Below are positions 32,599 to 42,399 of a stretch of 64,000 nt of DNA, in pieces. Position numbers and translations under genes: made by a program. Within the stretch, counting starts at the first letter, position 1; every line of letters begins with the position of its first letter. The notes under the pieces were generated by a model that ran no database searches, had not been told where the DNA came from, and was given only the letters and a program-made list of their open reading frames with translations. The stretch is taken from assembly GCA_902570225.1 (NCBI GenBank), contig CACFXJ010000001.1, positions 86,780 through 150,779 on the forward strand, read 5' to 3'. This DNA comes from an uncultured SAR86 cluster bacterium (GTDB lineage Bacteria > Pseudomonadota > Gammaproteobacteria > Magnimaribacterales > Magnimaribacteraceae).

Positions 32599-35007
32599 AT
32601 GTCATTGAGAAACTTACTTATACTTTCTTTTCTATCATTTCCTTCATTTTCTATTGCAGCAGACGAAGAGACATCAGTCTTTGATGAGGTTGTTGTTACA
32701 GCAAGAAAAAGGGAAGAAACAGCACAATCTGTTCCAATTCCTATAACTGCATTGGGTGGAAACCAGATAGAAGCAAGAAACATAACAGAAATAGCTGATA
32801 TCGGAAAATTAACACCAAATTTAGGCTTTGAGGCTCAAGGAATCAATTCCACAGTAACCAATGTTTTCTTGCGAGGTATAGGGCAGACTAATTGGTCTGA
32901 AACTCAAGATCCAAAAATAGGTATTTATATAGATGGAGTTTATCTAAGTAGACCACAGGGAGGAATGGTTGATCTGATTGATGTTGAAAGAGTGGAAGTA
33001 TTGAGAGGTCCCCAAGGTACGCTCTTTGGGAGAAATACAACTGCTGGTCTGATTCATATCATCACCAAAGGTCCAACTGAAGAATTTGAAGGCTTTATTA
33101 ATCTTGGTATTGGTAACGAAGGGCATAGAGTCTTAAGAGGTGTTGTGAATGTACCGATCTCCGATACTCTTTCCTCAAGATTTGCAGTGATGTCAAAAGA
33201 AACTGATGGTCAGATGTTAAATCAGATTACTGGACAATATCAAGGAAATGAGGATTCTCAATCCTTCAGGGCATCTTTTCAATACACTGGTGATGCTTAT
33301 ACCGCCAGACTAACCTATGATCATTTTGAATCAGATGAGCTTGCAACTTTATCAAGTTGTCGTTTTATAGCTCCTGAAAATGGAGCACTTGCCACAGGTT
33401 TCCCAGCAATAGCTTATTTAGCGGGTACCTATGACACCATGAGAAGTAATTGCTTGAATACTGGGTATGGACTTGGCAGAGATAATAATCCCAACCAACA
33501 GACCACTTCCGATACTGATTCATTTACCTTGACTCAAACACTTGATTTAGATTTCGCAACTTTAATGTTAATTTCAAATCATAGAGAAATTGAAAACTAT
33601 AATGGTACATGGGGTTGGGGAATGGGAAGTGGTAATTCATCTACAACAACGACAACTAATCTGCTTGATGTGATCAATAACCCTAGCGAAAATGATATAG
33701 ATTCTCATGAGTTAAGATTAACTGGAGATACAGGAAACTTATCTTGGACCATCGGCGCATATATTTTTGAAGAGGACAGTTTTGGTGAAATAGATGTTCC
33801 TGTATTAAGGGGCTATACACCACCATCAGTTGCTGCTTGGCCAATGTACTACTTAGTTATTCCTGGAGTGCTTAATGTGGCCCAAACAGTTATGGGTACT
33901 CAGATGTTTGGATCCAGGTATCAATCTAATACAGTAACTAATTCTAATGATGCAATTTTTGCAGAAGGCACATATGCCTTTAACGAACAAACGGATCTTA
34001 CATTAGGTTTCAGGAGAACTAATGATGACAGAGAGTATCTGAGACGACAGACTCTAACTGGTGGAGGTTTTGACCCCGGTTATGCATGTCCAGGTAACAT
34101 TGATCCTATTACAGGTATTGCAATTAGTGATAGTTGTTATCAAGAGATTGATTACAGCGAAACTACTTCAAGAGCTATATTAAGCCATGCATATAATGAA
34201 GATATATTGGCATATGCGAGTTATAGTAAAGGTTACTCATCCGGTGGATTCAATCAAGATATTCGAATGAAACCATACCTACCAGAAGTGTCCGATAATT
34301 ATGAAGTAGGGTTCAAAAGTACTCTACGAGATGGAAAGCTGCGTTTAAATGGTACTTATTTTTCTACTGTTTATGAGAATCAACAGATTACAGTTGGAAG
34401 AGTTATTGATGGTCAGCCGACTGCAGATATCATCAATGCTAAGGAAGCTGATCTTCAAGGAATCGAAGTTGAATTAATAGCCCAACTAAATGACAACTTA
34501 GCATTGACATTGACTTATGGTCTTTTAGATGGTGAATATAATGACTTCAGTGTTGTGGACACCTTATACGACCCCGTAACATTTGTTTCGACAGATGTTT
34601 TAAGAGATTTAACAGATACTCCTTTCGGATATTCGGGTGATGATGGTAAAAGCAATACTTTTGATATTGGATTAATTCACGATACTACTCTCAATAATGG
34701 TATATCAATTACTAGTCAAATTAGTTTAAATAGACAAGATAAGTCCTGGGGAACTCTTCTACATGTTCCCGGATCAAGCATGCCAGGTTATAACTTAATT
34801 GACGGAAGGGTGTCTTTAACTTTACCTGACGGAGTTAATACATTTACTTTGTGGGTAACTAATTTGAGGGATAAAGAATATCAATCAAGTATGTTATGGC
34901 AAGGTGGAGATGTTACAGCAGGGGGTAATGATCCAAGTCTGGGCATGGCTGCTGACTACTGGGGTCAGCCTAGAAGAATAGGGTTAGAATGGCGCAGGGA
35001 CTTTTGA
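32599..35007 (+). CDS. TonB-dependent receptor
   Basis: DEVVVTARKREE, YIDGVY, VERVEVLRGPQGTLFGRN, terminal Phe. Confidence 0.93.
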   Translation: MSLRNLLILSFLSFPSFSIAADEETSVFDEVVVTARKREETAQSVPIPITALGGNQIEARNITEIADIGKLTPNLGFEAQGINSTVTNVFLRGIGQTNWSETQDPKIGIYIDGVYLSRPQGGMVDLIDVERVEVLRGPQGTLFGRNTTAGLIHIITKGPTEEFEGFINLGIGNEGHRVLRGVVNVPISDTLSSRFAVMSKETDGQMLNQITGQYQGNEDSQSFRASFQYTGDAYTARLTYDHFESDELATLSSCRFIAPENGALATGFPAIAYLAGTYDTMRSNCLNTGYGLGRDNNPNQQTTSDTDSFTLTQTLDLDFATLMLISNHREIENYNGTWGWGMGSGNSSTTTTTNLLDVINNPSENDIDSHELRLTGDTGNLSWTIGAYIFEEDSFGEIDVPVLRGYTPPSVAAWPMYYLVIPGVLNVAQTVMGTQMFGSRYQSNTVTNSNDAIFAEGTYAFNEQTDLTLGFRRTNDDREYLRRQTLTGGGFDPGYACPGNIDPITGIAISDSCYQEIDYSETTSRAILSHAYNEDILAYASYSKGYSSGGFNQDIRMKPYLPEVSDNYEVGFKSTLRDGKLRLNGTYFSTVYENQQITVGRVIDGQPTADIINAKEADLQGIEVELIAQLNDNLALTLTYGLLDGEYNDFSVVDTLYDPVTFVSTDVLRDLTDTPFGYSGDDGKSNTFDIGLIHDTTLNNGISITSQISLNRQDKSWGTLLHVPGSSMPGYNLIDGRVSLTLPDGVNTFTLWVTNLRDKEYQSSMLWQGGDVTAGGNDPSLGMAADYWGQPRRIGLEWRRDF

Positions 35008-35013
35008 GCTAAT

Positions 35014-35970
35014 ATGACTGCAGGAATTGCTGAAGTCAATAATATCAATATATGGTGGGAAGACTTCGGCGATCCTTCCAATCCCTCAGTGCTTCTTATT
35101 ATGGGAGCAAATGCAAATTGTATGCAATGGACTCCAGAGTTCATCGATCCGATTGTTGATGGCGGCTTCCATGTTATAAGGTTCGACAATAGAGATGTTG
35201 GCAAGAGCACTTGGTTTGGAAAGGAATCTTTTTCTGCAAAGTTAGTTCGACTATTTTTACCAAATTTTTTATTAAAGTTTTTTCTAAATAAAGCCTTTAA
35301 TTCTATTATTGATGAAAATGGTTATATGCAGGAGTTTGATATACGAGATCCTGACTATACTCTAGATGACATGGCAAAGGATGCCATCTCTCTTATGGAT
35401 CATTTAAATATTGATAAAGCCCATATTATTGGAGCTTCAATGGGAGGCATGATAACGCAACTTCTTGCACTTGATTATCCTGATAGAGTTTTGACAATTA
35501 CACCAATTATGTCTTCTCCGGGAGTTGGAGATCCGGAACTTTCAAATATGACTCCTTCTCTAGTTAAAGGATTGCAGGAATCTGCTTTTATGGATGCTAA
35601 GGGAAATCATGCTGATTCAGTTACTAGAATCTATAGAGAGCTTACGGGTTCTAGATTCCCATTTAATGAAAAAAAATTTAGGGAAAAACTTATTCCAGTA
35701 ATGGCTCACGGGCATAACCCAAACTGTAAACATGGTGATGCTGCAGGAGCTTCTCCGAGTAGAAAAGATAGACTTCATCAAATAAGTAAACCCACTTTAG
35801 TTATACACGGAACTGAAGATGCCATCCTGCCGTTGGATCATGGTATGGCCTTATATGACAACATTCCTAATGCCAAAAAAATGATAATGGAAGGAGTAGG
35901 TCACGAAATCCCCGAAGAACTGGTTAAGCAGATTACGGATGAAATAATTCAACATATAAAGCAATCCTAA
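35014..35970 (+). CDS. Alpha/beta hydrolase (esterase-like)
   Basis: FDNRDVG.S, GASMGG, HGTED, G.GH catalytic triad. Confidence 0.9.
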   Translation: MTAGIAEVNNINIWWEDFGDPSNPSVLLIMGANANCMQWTPEFIDPIVDGGFHVIRFDNRDVGKSTWFGKESFSAKLVRLFLPNFLLKFFLNKAFNSIIDENGYMQEFDIRDPDYTLDDMAKDAISLMDHLNIDKAHIIGASMGGMITQLLALDYPDRVLTITPIMSSPGVGDPELSNMTPSLVKGLQESAFMDAKGNHADSVTRIYRELTGSRFPFNEKKFREKLIPVMAHGHNPNCKHGDAAGASPSRKDRLHQISKPTLVIHGTEDAILPLDHGMALYDNIPNAKKMIMEGVGHEIPEELVKQITDEIIQHIKQS

Positions 35971-36036
35971 CTTCGATTATTTCCCTATTAAGCTTAAAAT
36001 AATCACTTTCAAACTAAATTCACCTTAAGAAAAAAA

Positions 36037-37659
36037 ATGGATAGAAATTTTGATTATATAGTCATAGGAGCTGGGAGTGCTGGATGTGTAATGGCTAATA
36101 GACTTTCTGAAGATGAAAAAGATACAGTCCTAAGTATCGAAGCGGGAGGAAAGGATAGAAACTTCTTTATTCATATGCCTTCTGGATACTCTCAGATAGT
36201 TCCTACTAAGAGTAAGCTTAATTATGGTTTTGAAACAGAACCAGAAGCTACAACAAATAATCGTCAACTTTATTGGCCCAGAGGCAAAGTTTGGGGAGGT
36301 TCATCTTCTATAAATGCGATGGTATACATAAGGGGCCATGCTTATGATTATGATCTATGGAGACAATTGGGAAATACTGGATGGTCATATGAAGATGTTT
36401 TGCCATATTTTAAGAAGGCTGAGAGTTTTCAAGGAGATGGAGACAAAGATTATCATGGCTTTGATGGACCGCTTAATGTAAAAAAATCTTCCAGAACTGA
36501 TGATCCATTATTAGATATTTTTATAGAGGCTGGCTCTCAAGCAGGCTTCCCTTTAACTGAAGATTTTAATGGAAAAGAGCAAGAAGGCTTTTCTAGGTAT
36601 GAGCATACTATGAAAGATACTAGTTTTGGTCCAAGGAGATGGAGTTCAGCTAGAGCTTATCTCCATCCTGCATTAAAAAGAAAAAATCTCTCTACGGTAA
36701 CAAATGTCCAAGTAAATAAAATACTCTTTGAAGGTAAAAAAGCTATTGGAGTTGAATATACTAAAAATGGTCAAGTGCTTACTTGTAAATGCAATAAAGA
36801 GGTAATCATTTCTGCCGGTGCAATTAATAGTCCTCAAATTCTTATGAATAGCGGCATAGGAGATTTTGATGAGTTAAGTAAGCATGGAATTGATGTTGTT
36901 CATGAACTGAAGGGAGTGGGTAAAAATCTTCAAGATCATTATGGAGTTTTAAATTCATTTTACGCAACACAACCAATTACTTTACACAGATCGGCGGGCC
37001 TCTTGAAAACTGGAGTTGCGGGTATCAGATATTTATTATTTGGAACAGGCGATGCTGCCTATCCCCCAACCAGTGCTGGGGCTTTTTTCAAATCTAGTCC
37101 AGATAAAGATATACCTGATACGCAGTTACACTTTACAGCCATACAAACTCCAGATTTACACGGCAGGTTAGGCATTGATGAAAAACATGGTTTTACTGCA
37201 GTAATCTATATATGCAGACCACAAAGTAGAGGCCACATAGTTTTGAGAAGCTCGAACCCTAGTGATGCTCCACTTATGTATCCTAATTATCTATCCGAAG
37301 AACAAGACATGATTGATACAAGAAATGCTCTTCGCGAAACTAGAAGAGTTTTTCATCAGAAGGCATTTGATCCCTACAGAGGCGAACAAACTAAACCAGG
37401 AAAAGATGTAAATGTGGATGACGATGATCAACTAGATGAGTGGATAAGGAATACAGGAGAAACTCTCTATCATCCTGTTGGAACTTGCAAAATGGGAGAG
37501 GATGATATGGCTGTTGTAAATTCCGATCTTCAAGTCCATGGCATTTCAGGATTGAGAGTTGTTGACGCTTCCATAATGCCAACTTTAATCGGTGGTAATA
37601 CAAATGCTCCTACCATAATGATTGCCGAGAAGGCGGCAGATTCCATTAGACAATCATAA
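36037..37659 (+). CDS. GMC oxidoreductase (choline dehydrogenase-like)
   Basis: GAGSAG FAD motif, GGSSSINAM, HPVGTC, GNTNAPTIMIAEK. Confidence 0.92.
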   Translation: MDRNFDYIVIGAGSAGCVMANRLSEDEKDTVLSIEAGGKDRNFFIHMPSGYSQIVPTKSKLNYGFETEPEATTNNRQLYWPRGKVWGGSSSINAMVYIRGHAYDYDLWRQLGNTGWSYEDVLPYFKKAESFQGDGDKDYHGFDGPLNVKKSSRTDDPLLDIFIEAGSQAGFPLTEDFNGKEQEGFSRYEHTMKDTSFGPRRWSSARAYLHPALKRKNLSTVTNVQVNKILFEGKKAIGVEYTKNGQVLTCKCNKEVIISAGAINSPQILMNSGIGDFDELSKHGIDVVHELKGVGKNLQDHYGVLNSFYATQPITLHRSAGLLKTGVAGIRYLLFGTGDAAYPPTSAGAFFKSSPDKDIPDTQLHFTAIQTPDLHGRLGIDEKHGFTAVIYICRPQSRGHIVLRSSNPSDAPLMYPNYLSEEQDMIDTRNALRETRRVFHQKAFDPYRGEQTKPGKDVNVDDDDQLDEWIRNTGETLYHPVGTCKMGEDDMAVVNSDLQVHGISGLRVVDASIMPTLIGGNTNAPTIMIAEKAADSIRQS

Positions 37660-37684
37660 ACATAACCTTAGAATATACGATCCC

Positions 37685-37775
37685 GGAGAGGTGGCTGAGT
37701 GGTTGAAAGCGCTCCCCTGCTAAGGGAGTATAGGATAATCTCCTATCGAGGGTTCGAATCCCTCTCTCTCCGCCA
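37685..37775 (+). tRNA. tRNA-Ser (GCT)
   Basis: GGAGAGGTGGCTGAGTGG...CTCCC-CTGCTAA-GGGAG, long variable arm, GGTTCGAATCC...CTCTCCGCCA. Confidence 0.97.
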
Positions 37776-37846
37776 TTAAAAGTCTATAAATTTCAACATC
37801 TCTAGGTTTATTTAAGTTAAGCTCTCTTTAATACTAAGGAGTCACT

Positions 37847-38911
37847 ATGATGGTAAAAAATATATTTATACTTTCAATTGTAATTTTTTTGATTAGTTGT
37901 ACTAATTCAAATAATGAAGAAGCCAATTCTACTAATCAAAATACCTGGCATCTCTCCGATGGTGTTGAGTTTCCCGCAAACCGTCCCTTATCAAGGGCTG
38001 AAGATGGAGTTTTCTTAAATGATGGAACATTGATTGTAGCTGATCAAAGATATGGTTTAGCCAAGATAGAAGTTGATGGAACAGTTGAACCTTTTGGAAA
38101 ATTTAATGAATTAGGCTATAGCCATAATCCTCCTGCAGTCGAGTCAGGACCTAATGGTGTGCATCTTACACCTGATAAAGAATTTATAATTACTGCTGAT
38201 GTTTTTTCAGGATATATTTATAAGACTTCTGTTAAATCAGGTGATACTGAAATCGTTTATAAACATGAATTTGGAGTAAATACTGCAATAGAAGATTCTA
38301 CTGGAGCAATCTGGTTTACTCAGTCAACTAAAAATAAAAATGAAGAACGCTTATTTGGTGCATTGTCTAAATCTCTAGGAGATGGGGCAGTATACAGAAT
38401 ACCCAACTCAAAGAACTTTAATGATTCAACTTCACCTCAATTGGTAGTAGAAGGATTTAATTTTGCCAACGGATTTTACATCGATGAATTAAATAGAAAA
38501 TTTTATCTATCTGAAACACTTGGAAATCAAGTCCTAGTTTTTGATCTTGATTTATCAAATGGATCTTTATCTAATCAAAAGGTTTTGTCTTCTATTCCAT
38601 CTCCTGACAATATGCAGATGAATCACGATGGTTTATTGTGGGTTGCTTCACCTTTATCTAATCAAATTTATTCGATAAATCTATCTGACGGTACCTCAAC
38701 AGTTGTCTTTGATGCACAAACAGATTTAGGTAAGGAGATATTACAGGTTGGATTGAATCGAGTTAAAAATGGTGACGGAATTGCAGATCTTATCGGTCCA
38801 GATGTGACAGGAGATATGCCTGGACTTCTAACTGGGATGATAATTGGTGAAAAACAAGGTCCTTTTTATGTTGCTAATTTGGGACAAGCCCTGATAAAGG
38901 TTAATCGATAA
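37847..38911 (+). CDS. SMP-30/gluconolactonase-like beta-propeller lipoprotein
   Basis: Lipobox LISC; PNG, FANG, PDNM propeller motifs. Confidence 0.75.
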   Translation: MMVKNIFILSIVIFLISCTNSNNEEANSTNQNTWHLSDGVEFPANRPLSRAEDGVFLNDGTLIVADQRYGLAKIEVDGTVEPFGKFNELGYSHNPPAVESGPNGVHLTPDKEFIITADVFSGYIYKTSVKSGDTEIVYKHEFGVNTAIEDSTGAIWFTQSTKNKNEERLFGALSKSLGDGAVYRIPNSKNFNDSTSPQLVVEGFNFANGFYIDELNRKFYLSETLGNQVLVFDLDLSNGSLSNQKVLSSIPSPDNMQMNHDGLLWVASPLSNQIYSINLSDGTSTVVFDAQTDLGKEILQVGLNRVKNGDGIADLIGPDVTGDMPGLLTGMIIGEKQGPFYVANLGQALIKVNR

Positions 38912-38924
38912 GATACATAAAAGT

Positions 38925-39815
38925 TTGAACCGTAATGTGAAAGAAGATTTTCAAAATATTGCATCTTTAATTTCTCCTAAAGCCAAACTAATTAGTGCTG
39001 ATATTCTTCCTGGAGGATATTCCTCTGATGTTTATATTCTAAATTTAGTAGAAGGTAAAAATAAAAAAAAAGTAGTTTTGAGGTCTGAAAGGTCTCCCAG
39101 ATCAGAAAACAGAATTTCTACAGAATATCATCTGATTAACTGCCTTAAAGGAAGTAACTTACCTTTACCTGAGGCTATTCACATAGATGTAAGCTTGAAG
39201 TATTTTCCTAAACCCTTCATGATCATGAGCTTTATTGATGGTAAAAGTTTTGAGCCTGATCAGTTAGATGTTTCATGGATGGAAAAAGTTTCTGACTTGC
39301 TTAATGATATACGTTCGATAGAAATCAGTAATTTACCCAAACTACCCATTCGTATTGATCCTTTAGACAGCCTTTTAGATTATCTGCCTGATGAAAAAGA
39401 ATGGAGAAAGGTTAGGGAATATTTGAAATCAATTGGAAGCTCTATATTTATTGGAGAATATAAATTTCTTCATGGAGATTTTTGGCCCGGTAATATTCTT
39501 TGGAAAAATGATGAAATAATTGGTTTGATAGATTGGGAATATGCGGCTATTGGAGATCCCATGTCGGACATAGCCGTAGCAAGTTTAGAATTAAGGTATA
39601 AGTATGGGGCGAAGGGCGCAGAGCTTTTTCAGACATTATGTTCAAACTATATAAACATTGATAACAAGAGATTATACCTTTGGCTCATTTATGTTTCGGC
39701 GTCAACTTTAAGATATATCCATGAATGGAGATTGCCCAAAGAGAGACAGGCTTTGATGATTAGGGAAGCGAAGGCAGCTATTCACGAATCATTCAGTTTT
39801 CTGCAAAAAAGTTAG
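38925..39815 (+). CDS. Aminoglycoside-phosphotransferase-family kinase
   Basis: GGYSS, HGDFWPGNIL, IDWE, GDP..D. Confidence 0.85.
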   Translation: MNRNVKEDFQNIASLISPKAKLISADILPGGYSSDVYILNLVEGKNKKKVVLRSERSPRSENRISTEYHLINCLKGSNLPLPEAIHIDVSLKYFPKPFMIMSFIDGKSFEPDQLDVSWMEKVSDLLNDIRSIEISNLPKLPIRIDPLDSLLDYLPDEKEWRKVREYLKSIGSSIFIGEYKFLHGDFWPGNILWKNDEIIGLIDWEYAAIGDPMSDIAVASLELRYKYGAKGAELFQTLCSNYINIDNKRLYLWLIYVSASTLRYIHEWRLPKERQALMIREAKAAIHESFSFLQKS

Positions 39816-39923
39816 ACTGAATTAGAAAACCTTTGCATCTAAATAAATGAGAAGACATAAATGAAAGATATAGACTGCCCAAAACATGAAGTGTTATTCT
39901 AAATTTAAAATTTAAGGTTTATC

Positions 39924-40475
39924 ATGAAAAAATACAACATCATCCTAGTACTTAGTTTTTTTGCTCTATCTGTATCCAGCACTCCTATATGCTCTATAAA
40001 CCAAGAACTAAATAAAGATACTGCAAGCAAATTAAACGATTTTAGATCACAGACTATTTCAACTTGTTTGACTTGCTCTGACAGCACTTGCAAGCTTAAT
40101 TCTTGGCCCGAATCAAAAAAAGGAGACGAATCAGTTTGCAAATTATTATTCTGTACTCCTAGTTATGTTTCAAAATTTTTTGAAAAACCAGACAATGTTG
40201 AACCAGGCAAAACTAAAATTAAGTTTTCTTATTCAATAAACTCGAAAGGTAAAATTAAAGATATAGAAGTGAAGTCTGCAAAAGGAGCAATGAATATAAG
40301 AGAATCTTATAAATATCTTCAAAGTTTTACTGCTAAAACCCAATTTGAACCTCTATTGATTGCAGGGAAGGGGACTAAGATAGATGAAATTCTAGGGGAA
40401 CATATCGCATATACAGGAAAGTATGAAGATATTGATAAAACTATGCCTGTTAATCAAGGAATTTGGAGAAATTAG
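39924..40475 (+). CDS. Secreted hypothetical protein, Cys-rich N-terminus plus TonB-C-like domain
   Basis: Signal peptide; six Cys; KIKFSYSINSKGKIKDIEV resembles a TonB C-terminal domain. Confidence 0.5.
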   Translation: MKKYNIILVLSFFALSVSSTPICSINQELNKDTASKLNDFRSQTISTCLTCSDSTCKLNSWPESKKGDESVCKLLFCTPSYVSKFFEKPDNVEPGKTKIKFSYSINSKGKIKDIEVKSAKGAMNIRESYKYLQSFTAKTQFEPLLIAGKGTKIDEILGEHIAYTGKYEDIDKTMPVNQGIWRN

Positions 40476-40490
40476 TTAAATAAGATTTCC

Positions 40491-41585
40491 ATGATCAGTA
40501 AATCAAGGCTTATTGATGAATGTGAATTCGATATAGAATCTTCTAATATTTTTGAACAATTTGATATTTTAATAGACTCCTTAAATGACGAAGGGAATCT
40601 AACATTTACTGGACAGTTGGCCGCAGAGTATCAAATTAGACAACATTTAAAAAATAATATTCTTATTAATAATGCTTTTCAAAATTTAACAAATCCTAGG
40701 GTGTCAAGACCAATATTTGTTATAGGTCTCCCTAGATCTGGTACAACCTTCTTGTTTAATCTTTTAAGTAAAGATAAAAAAAATAGAAGTCCTTTATTTT
40801 GGGAAATGACCAAGCCCTTTCCTTTAGTTCACGGTCAAAATATGAAGAAAAAACTAAGAGTAATGCAATCAGAATTATTACTGTTTTTTAAAGATAAATT
40901 TATTCCTAATTTAGATGAACTGCATACCATTCACTCTGAAAGTCCAGAGGAATGCTTACTGATAAAAATATTTGCACTTCAAAGCATTTTTTATTTTTAT
41001 ATGGCAAATACTCCTACTTATCTGGATTATTTATCAACAGCAGATACTAGAATTAGTTATGACATACATTATAAATTTTTAAGTTTATTAGAAACTCAAC
41101 ACAAACCTCACCGATGGTTACTTAAAGACCCAAGTCATTTAGGGAATCTAGAAGAAGTTCTAAATTATTATCCCGATGCTTCTTTTGTTCATATTACTAG
41201 AGATCCTGTTGAGACTATTCCCTCTGTATGCAGTTTGACAACCCAAGTTAGAAAAGGGTTTTCTAAAGATATAGACTTGTATGATTTAGGAAGTAAAACC
41301 CTAAAATTTTGGAGTAATTCTTATAAAAAAAATGAAATCCAGAAAAATTCACTCAATTCAAATTGTTACTTTCAAATAAAGTACACAGATTTCATAGAAA
41401 ATCCTATTGATCAGGTAAAAGATATTTATAGAAATTTTAATATTTCCTTAGATGATGAAACTGAGATGAAAATGAAAAATTATTTAGACGAAGGTCTTAA
41501 GGAAAATAAAAGAAAACACAGCTATACTTTAGAAGATTATGGACTAGTACCTAAAGAAGTGCATAATACGCTCTTCGAAATTTAA
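40491..41585 (+). CDS. PAPS-dependent sulfotransferase
   Basis: PIFVIGLPRSGTT (5'-PSB loop), LKDP.H, RDP...S (3'-PB). Confidence 0.88.
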   Translation: MISKSRLIDECEFDIESSNIFEQFDILIDSLNDEGNLTFTGQLAAEYQIRQHLKNNILINNAFQNLTNPRVSRPIFVIGLPRSGTTFLFNLLSKDKKNRSPLFWEMTKPFPLVHGQNMKKKLRVMQSELLLFFKDKFIPNLDELHTIHSESPEECLLIKIFALQSIFYFYMANTPTYLDYLSTADTRISYDIHYKFLSLLETQHKPHRWLLKDPSHLGNLEEVLNYYPDASFVHITRDPVETIPSVCSLTTQVRKGFSKDIDLYDLGSKTLKFWSNSYKKNEIQKNSLNSNCYFQIKYTDFIENPIDQVKDIYRNFNISLDDETEMKMKNYLDEGLKENKRKHSYTLEDYGLVPKEVHNTLFEI

Positions 41586-41600
41586 CATATCATTTTCCAT

Positions 41601-42011
41601 ATGAAAATATTAGTCATGGGACTCCCAGGAAGCGGTAAAACTTATTTATCTGAGAGATTGCAACCTTTGCTGAAGTCTGCTTGGTTTAATGCTGACAAAG
41701 TTAGAGAGATGGCAGGTGATTGGGATTTCAGTGATGAAGGAAGGGTAAGACAGAGTCTTCGCATGAAATCCCTTGCTGATTTTGAAAAGTCTCATGGTCG
41801 AATAGTAATTTGTGACTTCGTATGCCCAACTGCCCAAACAAGGGAAACTTTTTCAGCTGATCTGACTATATGGCTGGATACTATTGAAAAAGGGAGATAT
41901 GAAGATACCAATGCAATATTTGAAGTCCCTGAGAAAGTTGATTTTCACGTGACTGAATGGAATGAAAGTAATCACATAAAAATAGCTGAAGAGATAAATA
42001 AAAATGTTTGA
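41601..42011 (+). CDS. Short adenylylsulfate-kinase-like protein
   Basis: MGLPGSGKT P-loop, NADKVR...DFS.EGR.RQ..R (CysC-like), FE.P. Confidence 0.7.
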   Translation: MKILVMGLPGSGKTYLSERLQPLLKSAWFNADKVREMAGDWDFSDEGRVRQSLRMKSLADFEKSHGRIVICDFVCPTAQTRETFSADLTIWLDTIEKGRYEDTNAIFEVPEKVDFHVTEWNESNHIKIAEEINKNV

Positions 42012-42396
42012 TTGGAAAAAACCTACAGTTCAGATGTTAGGAAGGTGGCAGCCATGGCATAAAGGACATCAAGAACTATTTAAAAGAGCAGTAGCCAAAA
42101 CTGGCCAAGTCATTATTCAGGTTAGAGATGTACACGGAGCATCAGGCGGTGCAGGCCAAGAAGATAATCCTTTCGACTGGGACCAGGTTTGTGAAAATAT
42201 ATCTTCAGGCCTGCTCGAGGATGGTTTTGAAAAAGGTGTTCATTATGAAATTATGATGGTTCCAAACATAATCAATATAACTTACGGAAGGGGAGTAGGT
42301 TATGTGTTTGAAGAGGAAACCTTTGATGATTCTGTAACTGAGATAAGTGCTACAAAGATCAGAAAAAAAATGAGAGAAGAGGGGAGTTTAGATTAG
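42004..42396 (+). CDS. Small HxGH nucleotidyltransferase (cytidylyltransferase-like fold)
   Basis: LGRWQPWHKGH, DNPF, ISATKIR; overlaps the upstream kinase gene. Confidence 0.8.
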   Translation: MFDWKKPTVQMLGRWQPWHKGHQELFKRAVAKTGQVIIQVRDVHGASGGAGQEDNPFDWDQVCENISSGLLEDGFEKGVHYEIMMVPNIINITYGRGVGYVFEEETFDDSVTEISATKIRKKMREEGSLD

Positions 42397-42399
42397 AAT

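Noticed and set aside
36037-37659. Assigning betA to the GMC oxidoreductase
   Set aside because: No betB, betI or betT is adjacent, and the family motifs do not define the substrate.
38925-39815. Antibiotic-resistance aminoglycoside kinase
   Set aside because: Only fold-level APH motifs are present; such proteins are commonly metabolic kinases.
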